In this document: in pieces, positions 38,217 to 48,143 of the stretch
How positions within the stretch are numbered: position 1 is the first letter of the stretch
Layout of the letters: each line of letters begins with the position of its first letter
Origin: an uncultured Clostridia bacterium
GTDB lineage: Bacteria > Bacillota > Clostridia > TANB77 > CAG-508
Reading direction: 5' to 3'
Length of the DNA: 64,000 nucleotides
NCBI GenBank assembly: GCA_947594845.1
Contig: CANQEI010000004.1
Coordinates: 29,890-93,889, forward strand
The notes under the pieces: model-generated
What the model was told of the DNA's origin: nothing
Seen by the model: only the letters and a program-made list of their open reading frames with translations
The model's database searches: none
Position numbers and translations under genes: made by a program

Positions 38217-39680
38217 ATGTTAAAAAGTACACAAATAAAAATTGTTTTGATATTTATGATACTTGGAATTTTTATGTTATCAATTCAAGGAATAATATTT
38301 TCAACACAGCTACAAAAAGTATCATTAGAGACAAATGGAAATGAATTAATTGTAGAAACAATAAAGTCACAAATACATCAACAACAAGTAATAACAATTG
38401 TTTTAATAGTAATATTTACAATCGTTTCTATACTCGTTGGAATATTCGTTGCTAAAACTATACTAGAACCGATGTCAAAACTTACTAAAAGTGCTGAAAT
38501 AGCAGCTAAGGGTGGACAATATCAGATAAAGTATTTAGGAGAAGGAAAAAATAAAAACGAAGTAGATGAATTAGCAAAAGCATTCAATTTAATGCACAAT
38601 GAGTTAAACGAAAATTTAAAAGAAGTATCAAGGCAGAAAAAACAAATAGAAACTATTTTATTGCACATGAATGATGGAATATTAGCTTTTAATATAAACG
38701 GCGATATAATCCATAAAAATAGTGCAGCAGACAAACTATTTGGATTGACAGGGAAAGAAAAGAATTTTAATGAAATATTTGATAAATTAGATGTTAATAT
38801 AAATTTAGAGAAAATAATTTACTTAGAAAATTGGACTTCAACTCAGGAAAGAATATCTGTAGGAGAAAAGACACTAAACTTATTTTTTGCAGCTTTTAGA
38901 GATGAGGCAGAAAGACCAGGAGGAGCAATAGTTGTTATACAAGATATTACTGAGCATGTTAAACTAGATTCAATGAGGACAGAATTTGTTGCAGATGTAT
39001 CACATGAATTAAAAACTCCAATTACTTCAATAATGGGATATGCAGATACGTTATTAGAAGATGACTGTGATAAAGCAACAACAGAGAAATTTTTAAAAAG
39101 AATATCAACACAAGCTAATAGAATGGCTGTATTAGTTAGCGATTTATTAACATTATCAAGATATGATGCAGACATGATAAAAAATAGAGAAGAAGAATTT
39201 GACTTAGGAGAATTAGTAAAAAATACATATGACACCTTATCCTTCGAAATAGAACAAAAAAACCAAAAAGCAGAATGTTTTGTAACAGCTGATGTACCAC
39301 ATGTAAAAGCTGATAAAGCTGGAATAGAAAGAGTTGTTACAAATATCTTAACAAATGCAATAAAATATACTCCAGAAAATGGAGAAATAAAGATATATGT
39401 TGGTTTTGTCTATAATGATGCATATATTAAGGTAATAGATAATGGAATTGGAATTCCAGAAGAAGACTTAGAAAGAGTATTTGATAGGTTTTATAGAGTA
39501 GATAAAGCACGTACAAGAGAAATGGGAGGAACAGGATTAGGCTTATCAATTGCAAAAGAAATATTAGAAAAGAACAACTCAAAAATAAATATAAATAGCG
39601 AATTGGGAAAAGGAACAGAAGTAGTAATAAGAATACCTGCAATGAAAAGTGAAGACAATTCTGCTAATAAAACTGTTTAA
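38217..39680 (+). CDS. Sensor histidine kinase (WalK/PhoR/ResE-like; 2 TM, HAMP, PAS-like, HisKA, HATPase)
   Basis: TM helices at residues ~10-30 and ~58-80, H-box VSHELKTPITSI, N-box TNILTNAIKYTP, G1 DNGIGIP, G2 GGTGLGLSIAKE. Confidence 0.92.
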   Translation: MLKSTQIKIVLIFMILGIFMLSIQGIIFSTQLQKVSLETNGNELIVETIKSQIHQQQVITIVLIVIFTIVSILVGIFVAKTILEPMSKLTKSAEIAAKGGQYQIKYLGEGKNKNEVDELAKAFNLMHNELNENLKEVSRQKKQIETILLHMNDGILAFNINGDIIHKNSAADKLFGLTGKEKNFNEIFDKLDVNINLEKIIYLENWTSTQERISVGEKTLNLFFAAFRDEAERPGGAIVVIQDITEHVKLDSMRTEFVADVSHELKTPITSIMGYADTLLEDDCDKATTEKFLKRISTQANRMAVLVSDLLTLSRYDADMIKNREEEFDLGELVKNTYDTLSFEIEQKNQKAECFVTADVPHVKADKAGIERVVTNILTNAIKYTPENGEIKIYVGFVYNDAYIKVIDNGIGIPEEDLERVFDRFYRVDKARTREMGGTGLGLSIAKEILEKNNSKININSELGKGTEVVIRIPAMKSEDNSANKTV

Positions 39681-39702
39681 AAATATAGAGAGGCGAAGAA
39701 AA

Positions 39703-40350
39703 TTGAATCCAAAAGTAAAAAATATTTTAGAATGGGGATATTGCATCTTAATAGCTGTTGCACTAGCTTTAGTAGTAAGATATTTTATTGGTACACCTAC
39801 AATAGTTCAACAAAGATCAATGTATCCAACACTTAAGCCAAATGAAAGGCTAATATTAAATAGAATACCAATAACATTTCATAGTGATATTAAAAGAGGA
39901 GAAATAATAACTTTTGAAGCACCAAGTGTAACACAAAGAAATTCAGATAAAGTGGATTTATCAAATCCAGTAGCAATATATGAAAATGAACCTAAATCAA
40001 TATTTTCAAAGTTTGTATATTATGTGTTAGAATGGGGAAAAACAAGCTATATTAAGAGAGTAATTGCACTTCCAGGAGAACATGTACAAATAAAAGACAA
40101 TAAAGTATATATAAATGGCGAGCTGTATAATGAGCCATACTTAGAAAGTTCAGTAATAACACCAGCAGATGGACCATTTACAGATTTAATTGTTCCAGAA
40201 GGATACATATTTGCAATGGGAGATAACAGAGAACAGAGTACAGATTGCAGATCTTTTGGATGCATTCCTATAGAAAAAATAGAAGGAAAAGTAGCTTTCA
40301 GATTCTGGCCATTGAACAGGTTTGGAAATCCAGATAAAATTAAAAAGTAA
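39703..40350 (+). CDS. lepB: Signal peptidase I
   Basis: TM anchor, Ser box QRSMYPTL, Lys box YIKRVIALPGE, and GDNREQSTDCR. I prefer the TTG at 39703 (SD GAGAGG 9 nt upstream) over the GTG at 39649, which overlaps the kinase. Confidence 0.9.
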   Translation: MNPKVKNILEWGYCILIAVALALVVRYFIGTPTIVQQRSMYPTLKPNERLILNRIPITFHSDIKRGEIITFEAPSVTQRNSDKVDLSNPVAIYENEPKSIFSKFVYYVLEWGKTSYIKRVIALPGEHVQIKDNKVYINGELYNEPYLESSVITPADGPFTDLIVPEGYIFAMGDNREQSTDCRSFGCIPIEKIEGKVAFRFWPLNRFGNPDKIKK

Positions 40351-40359
40351 TGGAGAGAT

Positions 40360-41274
40360 ATGAATAGCAATATAAAAGGTAATTTTAAACAAATAGAAGA
40401 ATTAAAAAAAATAGTAGAAAATAATAGTATACTACATAGTTATTTATTTTTAGGAGAAGAAGGAATCGGCAAAAAAGAAATTGCATGTGAATTTGCAAAA
40501 GAAATTTTGTGCCAAACAGGTGATTCGGATTGCAATTGTAAATCATGTAATTGCTTTGACAGCAACAATCATCCAGACTTTCAGATTATAAATTTAGAAG
40601 GCGAAACTATTAAAATAAATACAATAAGAGAAATGATACAGGATGTATATGAAAAACCAATTCTATCCGATAAAAAAGTATATATCATAAATGATAGCGA
40701 CAAAATGACGAAAGAAGCACAAAATAGCTTATTAAAGACTTTGGAAGAACCGCCTGAATATATAGTAATTATTTTAATTGCTGCAAATATAGATATGCTA
40801 TTAAATACAATAAAGTCAAGATGCACAAAAATAGTTTTTGAAAAATTAACTGACTCAGAAATACAAAGCATAATTAAAGAAAAAAACATAGATGTAAAAA
40901 TTCCAGAAAATTTGTATAAATTATTTAATGGAAGTGCAGGAAAAGCCCTAAAGATACTAGAGAAAAATAGTACTTATAGCCAATTAGAAGATTTTGCAAA
41001 TTGTATAAACACATCAACAAAAGTAGATTTCTTAACAAATTCAAAAGAAATTTTTATTAAAGAAGAAATCAACGAGATATTAGAATATTTAATTGTCCTT
41101 CTATTTAACATTGGACAAAAAAATGAAAATATTAAATATTTAAAATGTGTAAATATAGTTCAAGAAACAATTAATCGAATAAAATCTAATTGCAATTTTG
41201 ATATGAGTATTGATGATATGTTATTAAAATTATGGGAGGAAGTAAATGAAGACAATAGTTGGAATCAAGTTTAA
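40360..41274 (+). CDS. holB: DNA polymerase III delta-prime subunit
   Basis: HSYLFLGEEGIGKKEIA, Zn module CNCKSCNCFDSNNHPD, SRC motif IKSRCTKI. Confidence 0.88.
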   Translation: MNSNIKGNFKQIEELKKIVENNSILHSYLFLGEEGIGKKEIACEFAKEILCQTGDSDCNCKSCNCFDSNNHPDFQIINLEGETIKINTIREMIQDVYEKPILSDKKVYIINDSDKMTKEAQNSLLKTLEEPPEYIVIILIAANIDMLLNTIKSRCTKIVFEKLTDSEIQSIIKEKNIDVKIPENLYKLFNGSAGKALKILEKNSTYSQLEDFANCINTSTKVDFLTNSKEIFIKEEINEILEYLIVLLFNIGQKNENIKYLKCVNIVQETINRIKSNCNFDMSIDDMLLKLWEEVNEDNSWNQV

Positions 41275-42166
41275 GAAACCAGGAAAGACATATTGTTTCG
41301 ATCCAAAAGGATTGCAACTACAAAATGGAGATAAGGTAATTGTTGAGACAACTTTAGGTGATGAATATGGTGAAGTAATAATAGGAAATAAAGAGGTACA
41401 AGAAGAAAGTTTAACTGCTCCATTGAAAAGAGTTATTCGTGTAGCTACGCCAAAAGACACAAAATCTTATAACGAATATAAACAAAAAGAACCAGATGCA
41501 TTAAAAAAATGTCAAGAAAAAATTGAAAAACATCAACTAGATATGAAACTTGTTGATGCTGAATACAAATTTGATGGAAGTAAATTAATTTTTTACTTTA
41601 CTGCAGATGGAAGAATAGATTTTAGAGAATTAGTTAAAGATTTAGCTGCTATATTTAAAACAAGAATTGAACTTAGACAAATTGGAGTAAGAGATGAAAT
41701 AAGAAGAATTGGCGGAAATGGGGCATGTGGAAGAGAATTATGCTGCTGTACTTTTCTTGGAAATTTTGAAACAGTATCCATAAAAATGGCAAAGGAACAA
41801 AATATTTCGCTTAATCCATCAAAAATTTCAGGATGTTGCGGTAGACTAATGTGTTGCCTAAAATATGAGCAAAATGTGTATGAAGAAAAATTAAAGCGAT
41901 TACCTAAAATTGGAGCAATTGTAGAAACTGATGAAGGTGAAGGCGAAGTATGTGGGATAGAAACTTTAAAAGAAACTGTTAAAGTAAAACTAAATGATGG
42001 AGAAGATATCTATTATAAAAAATTTAATGCAAAAGATATAAAAATAATAAAGGATGCAGAAGATGAAGATAAGTTAGATGTTGAGAATCAGGAAGATTTG
42101 AAGGAACTTGAACAATTAGAAAAACTTGAAGAAATGGATAGCAAAAATACTGATGAAAACATATAA
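41246..42166 (+). CDS. ricT: PSP1-domain protein YaaT/RicT (stage 0 sporulation / RNA-processing complex subunit)
   Basis: PSP1 core with Cys clusters GACGRELCCCTFL and GCCGRLMCCLKYE. It follows holB as in Bacillus. The 29-nt overlap carries SD GGGAGGAAG. Confidence 0.85.
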   Translation: MKTIVGIKFKKPGKTYCFDPKGLQLQNGDKVIVETTLGDEYGEVIIGNKEVQEESLTAPLKRVIRVATPKDTKSYNEYKQKEPDALKKCQEKIEKHQLDMKLVDAEYKFDGSKLIFYFTADGRIDFRELVKDLAAIFKTRIELRQIGVRDEIRRIGGNGACGRELCCCTFLGNFETVSIKMAKEQNISLNPSKISGCCGRLMCCLKYEQNVYEEKLKRLPKIGAIVETDEGEGEVCGIETLKETVKVKLNDGEDIYYKKFNAKDIKIIKDAEDEDKLDVENQEDLKELEQLEKLEEMDSKNTDENI

Positions 42167-42186
42167 CTTTTTAAGGAGAAGAAAAA

Positions 42187-43458
42187 ATGAAAACACTAAT
42201 AAAAAATGCCGTACTACTAGACATGGTAGGAAATGCACCAAATGTGCGCAAAACAGATTTACTAATAGATGAAAATAGAATTAGTAAAATAGAAGAAAAC
42301 ATTGAAGATGAAGAAGCTCAAATAATAGATGCAAAAGAATATGTTGTAATGCCTGGATTGGTAAATACACATACACATTTGGCAATGAGCATTTTTAGAG
42401 GTTATAAAGATGACCAAAAATTAATGGATTGGCTTGAAAATGCAATTTTTCCAGTTGAAGACAAGCTAAGACCAGATGATATATACTGGAATTCTTTTTT
42501 GTCATGCATAGAATTAATAAAAACAGGAACAACAACTTTTAATGACATGTATTTTAGAATGGACAAAACTATTGAAGCTGTTGAAGAATCTGGATTGAGA
42601 GGCGTTATTGCTTGGAGCATAACAGATACATCAATTAGGGATAAAATCGAAAGAACAAGAGAATATCATAAAAAATATAATAATGAAGACAGCAAAATAA
42701 AAATATATGTATCAGCACATGCACCTTATTCATGCAATCCAGATACAATAAAATTATGTGTTGATTTGGCAAAAGAATTAAATACTGGATTACACATACA
42801 TTTATCAGAAACTCTTCAAGAAGAAAAAATAATAAGAGAAAGATATAATAAGACAGGTACAGAATATTTGAATGACTTACATGCTTTTGATGTTCCAGTA
42901 GTATTAGCACATGGCATATATATTTCAGATTCAGACTTAGAAATATTAAAAAATATTAAAGGCGGAATTTCACATAACCCTATAAGTAATTGTAAGTTAT
43001 CATCAGGAATATGTGATGTAGTAAAACTTAGAAAAAATGGAATAAATATTGGTCTAGGAACAGATGGAATCGGAAGCACTACAACTTTAGATATGTTTGA
43101 AGAAATGAAAACAGCTGCATATTTACAAAAGATAAACACAATGGAACCTACATCAATTAATGCATATGAGATATTAAAAATGGCAACAATTGAGGGGGCA
43201 AGGGTATTAGGACTAGATAATGATATTGGTACAATTGAAGTAGGAAAAAAAGCAGATTTAATATTTATAAATACAGACAAAACACACTTATATCCAGAAA
43301 ATGATTTATGCACAAATTTAGTTTATTCTGCAAATGGAGCAGACGTTGATACAGTTATGATAGATGGAAAACTAATAATGAGAAATAGAAAATTAATAAA
43401 TATAAATGAAAAACAAGTAAAGAAAAATATTGCAAAAGTAGTAAAAAGATTGTTATAA
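42187..43458 (+). CDS. mtaD: Amidohydrolase, 5-methylthioadenosine/S-adenosylhomocysteine deaminase-like
   Basis: Metal site VNTHTHLAMS, then HLSE, HGIY, and GTDG...; the size (423 aa) is typical of MtaD/SsnA-type deaminases. Confidence 0.75.
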   Translation: MKTLIKNAVLLDMVGNAPNVRKTDLLIDENRISKIEENIEDEEAQIIDAKEYVVMPGLVNTHTHLAMSIFRGYKDDQKLMDWLENAIFPVEDKLRPDDIYWNSFLSCIELIKTGTTTFNDMYFRMDKTIEAVEESGLRGVIAWSITDTSIRDKIERTREYHKKYNNEDSKIKIYVSAHAPYSCNPDTIKLCVDLAKELNTGLHIHLSETLQEEKIIRERYNKTGTEYLNDLHAFDVPVVLAHGIYISDSDLEILKNIKGGISHNPISNCKLSSGICDVVKLRKNGINIGLGTDGIGSTTTLDMFEEMKTAAYLQKINTMEPTSINAYEILKMATIEGARVLGLDNDIGTIEVGKKADLIFINTDKTHLYPENDLCTNLVYSANGADVDTVMIDGKLIMRNRKLININEKQVKKNIAKVVKRLL

Positions 43459-43487
43459 TATAAACATAGCTGAAAGGAGGTAATTTT

Positions 43488-43658
43488 ATGGCTTACAAAA
43501 TTACAGACAAATGCATTAGTTGTGGTGCATGCGCAGCAGGATGTCCAGTTGAATGTATTTCTCAAGGAAACGAACATTATGAAATAAATAAAGAAGTTTG
43601 TATCGAATGTGGAACATGTGCAAATGTATGCCCTGTTGGAGCACCTGAACAAGAATAA
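43488..43658 (+). CDS. fdx: Clostridial-type 2x[4Fe-4S] ferredoxin (56 aa), below the ORF-track cutoff
   Basis: MAYKITDKCISCGACAAGCPVECISQGNEHYEINKEVCIECGTCANVCPVGAPEQE contains two CxxCxxCxxxCP motifs. SD AAAGGAGG. Confidence 0.92.
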   Translation: MAYKITDKCISCGACAAGCPVECISQGNEHYEINKEVCIECGTCANVCPVGAPEQE

Positions 43659-43668
43659 TTTAGTACAT

Positions 43669-43703
43669 AAAACGACTATAATACATAATAGTCGTTTTTT
43701 TTT
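43669..43703 (+). terminator. Rho-independent terminator of the ferredoxin gene
   Basis: aacgactat (43671-43679) / atagtcgtt (43688-43696), T-run of 9. Confidence 0.8.
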
Positions 43704-43776
43704 GTATTTTAGATATAGGCATAAAACTTTTCGGTTTTATGATTTTTTTGATTTATAACAGAAGTAATTTAAAAAG

Positions 43777-44260
43777 TTAATAGCAAACCTTACAAGGCTG
43801 CCTACCTTCTGCTAGTGCCTGCTTTAAAGTTATTTGATGTCCGTTACCCTTTAAAGTTCTACAAGACTGATGATGATATTTTGTTCCTGTATCTCCGAAC
43901 CCATACCATTTCTGAATTAGTATCAGGACTAGAAATAGTATTACTTTTTTCAGAAGAGATATTATTTGTGAGTGAAGGTTGAATAGAATTATTTGAAAAA
44001 GATGCTGGTGTAGCATTTTGAGAAATTGATGAAGTATTAGATGTTTCTACTTGGTTAGTTGTATTTTCAAAATTGCTAGACTGTTCAATTTCTGCAACAT
44101 TAGAATTTATAATATTTTCTTCAAGAACATTATTTTTTTCTTGAAATGAAGTAGTTTGCGAATTTTTATTATTAAGTAAAAAGTAAAAAAATATTGATAA
44201 AAAAATTACCGAAATTCCCAAAAAAATTAATAATACTTTATCCTCTCTACCTAATTTCAT
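43777..44260 (-). pseudogene. Membrane-anchored protein with low-complexity S/N/T linker and C-terminal Ada-like Zn-ribbon (KYH..C...PCxxC), split by a 1-nt frameshift near 43897
   Basis: The ORF 43859..44260 gives a TM anchor plus linker and ends ...NSEMVWVRRYRNK*. The overlapping ORF 43777..44016 continues in the +1 frame as GDTGTKYHHQSCRTLKGNGHQITLKQALAEGRQPCKVCY. Removing one nt at about 43897 fuses them into ...EMVWVGDTGTKYHH..., about 160 aa. Confidence 0.65.
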
Positions 44261-44487
44261 AAAACTTCCCCACTTCTATAAATTTACCTCTAATAATATT
44301 TTTATCATTACACTATTCTATTTATAATTTATACTATAATAAATTGTTAAAATTTTCAAGATGAAATATGAATAATAATAACTTTATAAATTTTTATGTG
44401 ATTACAATAAACAAGATAATCATATATAATAATTCGGGTATTAAATGACAAAGTAGAAAATTAAGATTAGTTTAGGAAAATTTAATA

Positions 44488-44517
44488 TTGACATTTTTGT
44501 ATATATTAATGTATAAT
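44488..44517 (+). promoter_or_regulatory. Sigma-A promoter of rpsU
   Basis: TTGACA (44488-44493), 18-nt spacer, TGtATAAT extended -10 (44512-44517). Confidence 0.6.
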
Positions 44518-44608
44518 ATCTTACATCGGAAGGTTACATATACCAATCGAAAAGAGAAAAAGTTAAATCCCACAAGATGGTTTTAAGCTTCGGAAGGAGG
44601 GAGATAAA

Positions 44609-44779
44609 ATGTCAGAGATTAAAGTTAATAATGGTAATATAGAAGATGCTCTAAAAAGATTTAAAAGACAATGTGCTAGAAATGGAGTTATACAAGAAGT
44701 TAGAAAAAGAGAGCATTACGAAAAACCAAGCGTAAGAAGAAAGAAAAAATCAGAGGCTGCTAGAAAAAGAAAATTTTAA
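44609..44779 (+). CDS. rpsU: 30S ribosomal protein S21 (56 aa), below the ORF-track cutoff
   Basis: [68 protein letters not shown]. Confidence 0.93.
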   Translation: MSEIKVNNGNIEDALKRFKRQCARNGVIQEVRKREHYEKPSVRRKKKSEAARKRKF

Positions 44780-44787
44780 TTAAAATT

Positions 44788-44818
44788 AAGAAGATGCTAA
44801 ACGTATCTTCTTTTTTAT
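44788..44818 (+). terminator. Rho-independent terminator of rpsU
   Basis: aagaagat (44788-44795) / atcttctt (44805-44812), T-run. Confidence 0.7.
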
Positions 44819-44904
44819 TTTGCTAATATATAATCTTGTTAAAATAGCATGAATGTGATAATATCTAAAAATAAAGATAAATAAAATTTAGAAAGGAAAA
44901 GTTT

Positions 44905-45342
44905 ATGAAAGAAAGATTATTAAATGACTTAAAAGAAGCAATGAAAGAGAAAAATGAAATAAAGAAAAATGCAATTCAAATGGTAAGAGCAGGTATATTA
45001 CAAATTGAAAAAGATAAAGGAATACAATTAGATGATAATCAAATAATAGATGTAATAGCAAAAGAAGTAAAAAAGAGAAAAGATTCTATTGCTGATTATG
45101 AACGCGGAGGAAGAGAAGATTTAGTAAACCAAATAAAAGAAGAAATAAGCTATTTGGAAGTATATTTACCAAAGCAACTATCTAAAGAGGAGCTAATTCC
45201 AATAATAAAAAATATAATTGAAAAAATAGGAGCTTCATCAATGAAAGATATGGGTGCTGTAATGAAACAAGCTAAAGAAGAAATTGGAGCTGCAGCAGAT
45301 GGAAAAACAATAAATGAAGTAGTAAAATCATTATTAAATTAG
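44905..45342 (+). CDS. yqeY: GatB/YqeY-domain protein
   Basis: LNDLKEAMKEKNE..KNAIQMVRAGILQIEKD...EISYLEVYLPKQLS matches the YqeY family. Its position after rpsU is conserved in Firmicutes. Confidence 0.85.
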   Translation: MKERLLNDLKEAMKEKNEIKKNAIQMVRAGILQIEKDKGIQLDDNQIIDVIAKEVKKRKDSIADYERGGREDLVNQIKEEISYLEVYLPKQLSKEELIPIIKNIIEKIGASSMKDMGAVMKQAKEEIGAAADGKTINEVVKSLLN

Positions 45343-45394
45343 AATAAATAAAAGGATAATTGCAAATAATAAAGAAAAAGCAAGGAGAAAATAA

Positions 45395-46675
45395 GTGAAT
45401 TATATAAAGAAAGAAATCAAAGATGGAGTTAATCTCCATCTTATTATTAATGATAATTTTAAAACAGATTATGTAGTATTTTTTCTAACAGTTCCACTAG
45501 AAAAAGAAACTGTAACACAAAATGCACTAATACCAAATGTACTAAAAAGCGGTTGTCAAAAATACCCAAACTACAAAAAAATAGTTGAAGAACTTGAAAT
45601 GATGTACGGAGCAGAATTTGATTGCGGTGTAGATAAAGAGGGAGACAATTTAATAATTAAATTCTTTATAAATAGCATAAATGATAGCTTTTTACCAGAG
45701 AAAAATAATAATATTGAAAAATCTTTAAAAATATTAACAGAAATAATATTTAATCCATTAATAGAAAATGACAAATTTAAAGAAGAATATATAAATATAG
45801 AAAAACAAAATCTAGAATTACTAATTAATTCACAAAAAGATGATAAAGATGAATATGCATTTGAAAGATGTATAAACATAATGTACAAAGATAGTGGATT
45901 TGGGTTAAGCAAATATGGAAAGATTGTGGATTTAGAAAAAATAAATTCTGAAAATTTATATAAACATTACAAACAACTTATAGATACAGCAAAAATTGAT
46001 ATTTTTATAAGTGGAAATTTTGAAAAAGAAAAAATCACATCAGAGGTTGAAACAAATGAATTGATACAGAAAATAAAAGAACGTAAAGAAAAAATAAACA
46101 TAAATCATTTTAAAAAAGAGATAAAGAACAAAATAGAAAATCCTGAGGTAAAACAAGAAAAAATGGAAATTACCCAAGGAAAATTAGTAATTGGCTTAGA
46201 TATTCTCCCAAACAACTTTGAAGATTTCAGATTTATTGCACTATTATATAATGCAATTTATGGAGACGGGGTAAATTCCAAATTATTTCAAATTGTAAGA
46301 GAAAAAGAAAGTTTAGCTTATACAGCAAAATCTATGTATATTCCTAAAAAGAATAACATTTTTATTCGATGTGGAATAGAAATAGAAAAATATGAAAAAA
46401 CACTAGAATTGTCAAAAAGATTATTAGAAGAAATGAAAAATGGTGAATTTACAGATGACGATTTTGAAAAAGCCAAAAAATATATATTAGCAGGAATAAA
46501 TTCAATAGAAGCTGAACAGGATACTCAAATTATATATTTATTTGGACAAGAACTATCAAAATTGCCACTTACTGTAGAGGAATATAGGGAAAAAATTATT
46601 AGCATAAAAAAAGAAGAAATAATAGAGTTTGCAAAGTCAATTCAAATTAACACAATATATTTTTTAAGAAATTAG
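45395..46675 (+). CDS. M16 (pitrilysin) family protein lacking the HxxEH zinc motif (non-catalytic partner)
   Basis: It has the size and layout of the M16 fold and pairs with the downstream M16 gene. No HxxEH occurs in the N-terminal 100 aa. GTG start follows AAGGAG. Confidence 0.7.
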   Translation: MNYIKKEIKDGVNLHLIINDNFKTDYVVFFLTVPLEKETVTQNALIPNVLKSGCQKYPNYKKIVEELEMMYGAEFDCGVDKEGDNLIIKFFINSINDSFLPEKNNNIEKSLKILTEIIFNPLIENDKFKEEYINIEKQNLELLINSQKDDKDEYAFERCINIMYKDSGFGLSKYGKIVDLEKINSENLYKHYKQLIDTAKIDIFISGNFEKEKITSEVETNELIQKIKERKEKININHFKKEIKNKIENPEVKQEKMEITQGKLVIGLDILPNNFEDFRFIALLYNAIYGDGVNSKLFQIVREKESLAYTAKSMYIPKKNNIFIRCGIEIEKYEKTLELSKRLLEEMKNGEFTDDDFEKAKKYILAGINSIEAEQDTQIIYLFGQELSKLPLTVEEYREKIISIKKEEIIEFAKSIQINTIYFLRN

Positions 46676-46707
46676 TATTTTACCTTTTTAATTAAATAGG
46701 AGGAAAT

Positions 46708-47976
46708 ATGCAGATAATTGAAAACAACTTATTGAAAGAAAAAGTATATATAGAAAAAACTGAATCAGGAATTACACTTATTTGTATACCAAAAGAGAAA
46801 TCAATAAAAAAATATGCAATTTGTGGAATAGGTTTTGGATCAAATGATAATCACTTCATATTGCAAAAAGAAAAAAAGGAAATAAAAAATCCGGATGGAG
46901 TAGCTCATTTCCTAGAGCATAAATTGTTCGAACAAGAAAACGGTCAAAATAGCTTAGATGTATTAGCTTCATTAGGAATAGATGCTAACGCATATACTAC
47001 AAACGATCATACAGCGTATTTATTTGAATGCACAGACAATTTTTATAAAGGATTAGATGAATTATTTAATTATATACAAAATCCATATTTTACAGATGAG
47101 AATGTAGAAAAAGAAAAAGGAATAATATCACAAGAAATAAATATGTATGATGATGAAGCTGATTGGAAAGTATATATAAATGCAATGAAAGCTTTATACC
47201 ATAAAAATCCAATTAGAATAGATGTTGCAGGAAGTATTGACAGTATAAATAAGATTACAAAAGAAACTTTGTATGATACGTATAACAGTTTTTATGTTCC
47301 TTCAAATATGGTAGTTGTAGTATCAGGAGACTTTAAACCAGAAGAAATATTTAAAGAAATAAAAAATAGAATAAATATAAAGAATGTAGTTCCAGCTAAA
47401 AAAATTGAGGAAAAGGAAAATTTAGAAATAAATCAAAAAGAAATAAATGAAAAAATGGATATTTCTTTGCCAACATTTATATTTGCTTTTAAAGTTGACC
47501 CAGAAGAAAAAGAAAAGTTAAAAAGAGCAATAGCAATAGAAATATTACTAGAATTAATAATAGGACAAAGTACAGATTTATATGAAAATTTGTATGAAAA
47601 TGGAAACATTTTTGAAGATGTTATGCCAACATTTGAATGGAGTAGAGACTACGCACATATACTAATACAAGGAAAAAGTAATGATGTAGAAATAGTAAAA
47701 GAAAAATTACTAAATAAAATAAATGATTTAAAGAAAAATGGAATAGAGGACAAGCAGTTTGAGAGAGCAAAAAGAAAAATATATGGAAATTATGTAAGAG
47801 AATTTAATGATGTGAGTCAAGTTGCTTTATTATTTATTGCAAACTATTTCAGACAAATAAATCCTTTTGAATATGTCGAAAACTACAAAATAATCTCAAA
47901 AGAATATGTTGAAAATATTTTAAAAGAAGTTTTTGATGAAAAAAATATGGTAAAATCAACAATAAATCCATATTAA
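46708..47976 (+). CDS. M16 family zinc peptidase (catalytic subunit)
   Basis: Inverted zinc motif HFLEH in GVAHFLEHKLFE and a downstream E in the ...NAYTTNDHTAY... region. SD AGGAGG. Confidence 0.8.
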   Translation: MQIIENNLLKEKVYIEKTESGITLICIPKEKSIKKYAICGIGFGSNDNHFILQKEKKEIKNPDGVAHFLEHKLFEQENGQNSLDVLASLGIDANAYTTNDHTAYLFECTDNFYKGLDELFNYIQNPYFTDENVEKEKGIISQEINMYDDEADWKVYINAMKALYHKNPIRIDVAGSIDSINKITKETLYDTYNSFYVPSNMVVVVSGDFKPEEIFKEIKNRINIKNVVPAKKIEEKENLEINQKEINEKMDISLPTFIFAFKVDPEEKEKLKRAIAIEILLELIIGQSTDLYENLYENGNIFEDVMPTFEWSRDYAHILIQGKSNDVEIVKEKLLNKINDLKKNGIEDKQFERAKRKIYGNYVREFNDVSQVALLFIANYFRQINPFEYVENYKIISKEYVENILKEVFDEKNMVKSTINPY

Positions 47977-48143
47977 TTTGACGAATAAAGTAGGAATTTA
48001 TAGTATAAAAGAGCAATTTAGCATAAAAACACATACGAAATACGCACAAATTAGGGAATATAAGTTGACGAGATTGTAAAAATATGGTATTTTAAAAACA
48101 AGAAATTCATAGTTTTGTAGAATAAAAGGAGTGAGTTATCTCA

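Noticed and set aside
39649-39702. GTG at 39649 as the lepB start (overlapping the kinase by 32 nt)
   Set aside because: The TTG at 39703 has a properly spaced GAGAGG and starts just before the TM anchor. The longer form cannot be excluded.
17426-40350. Classical sortase-dependent pilus island
   Set aside because: There is no sortase ORF (TLxTC) and no LPXTG. I could not confirm pilin-motif or E-box features. I therefore describe the genes only as repeat-rich surface proteins with atypical anchors.
43323-43652. 109-aa minus-strand ORF
   Set aside because: It overlaps the unmistakable 2x[4Fe-4S] ferredoxin gene on the plus strand and the 3' end of mtaD.
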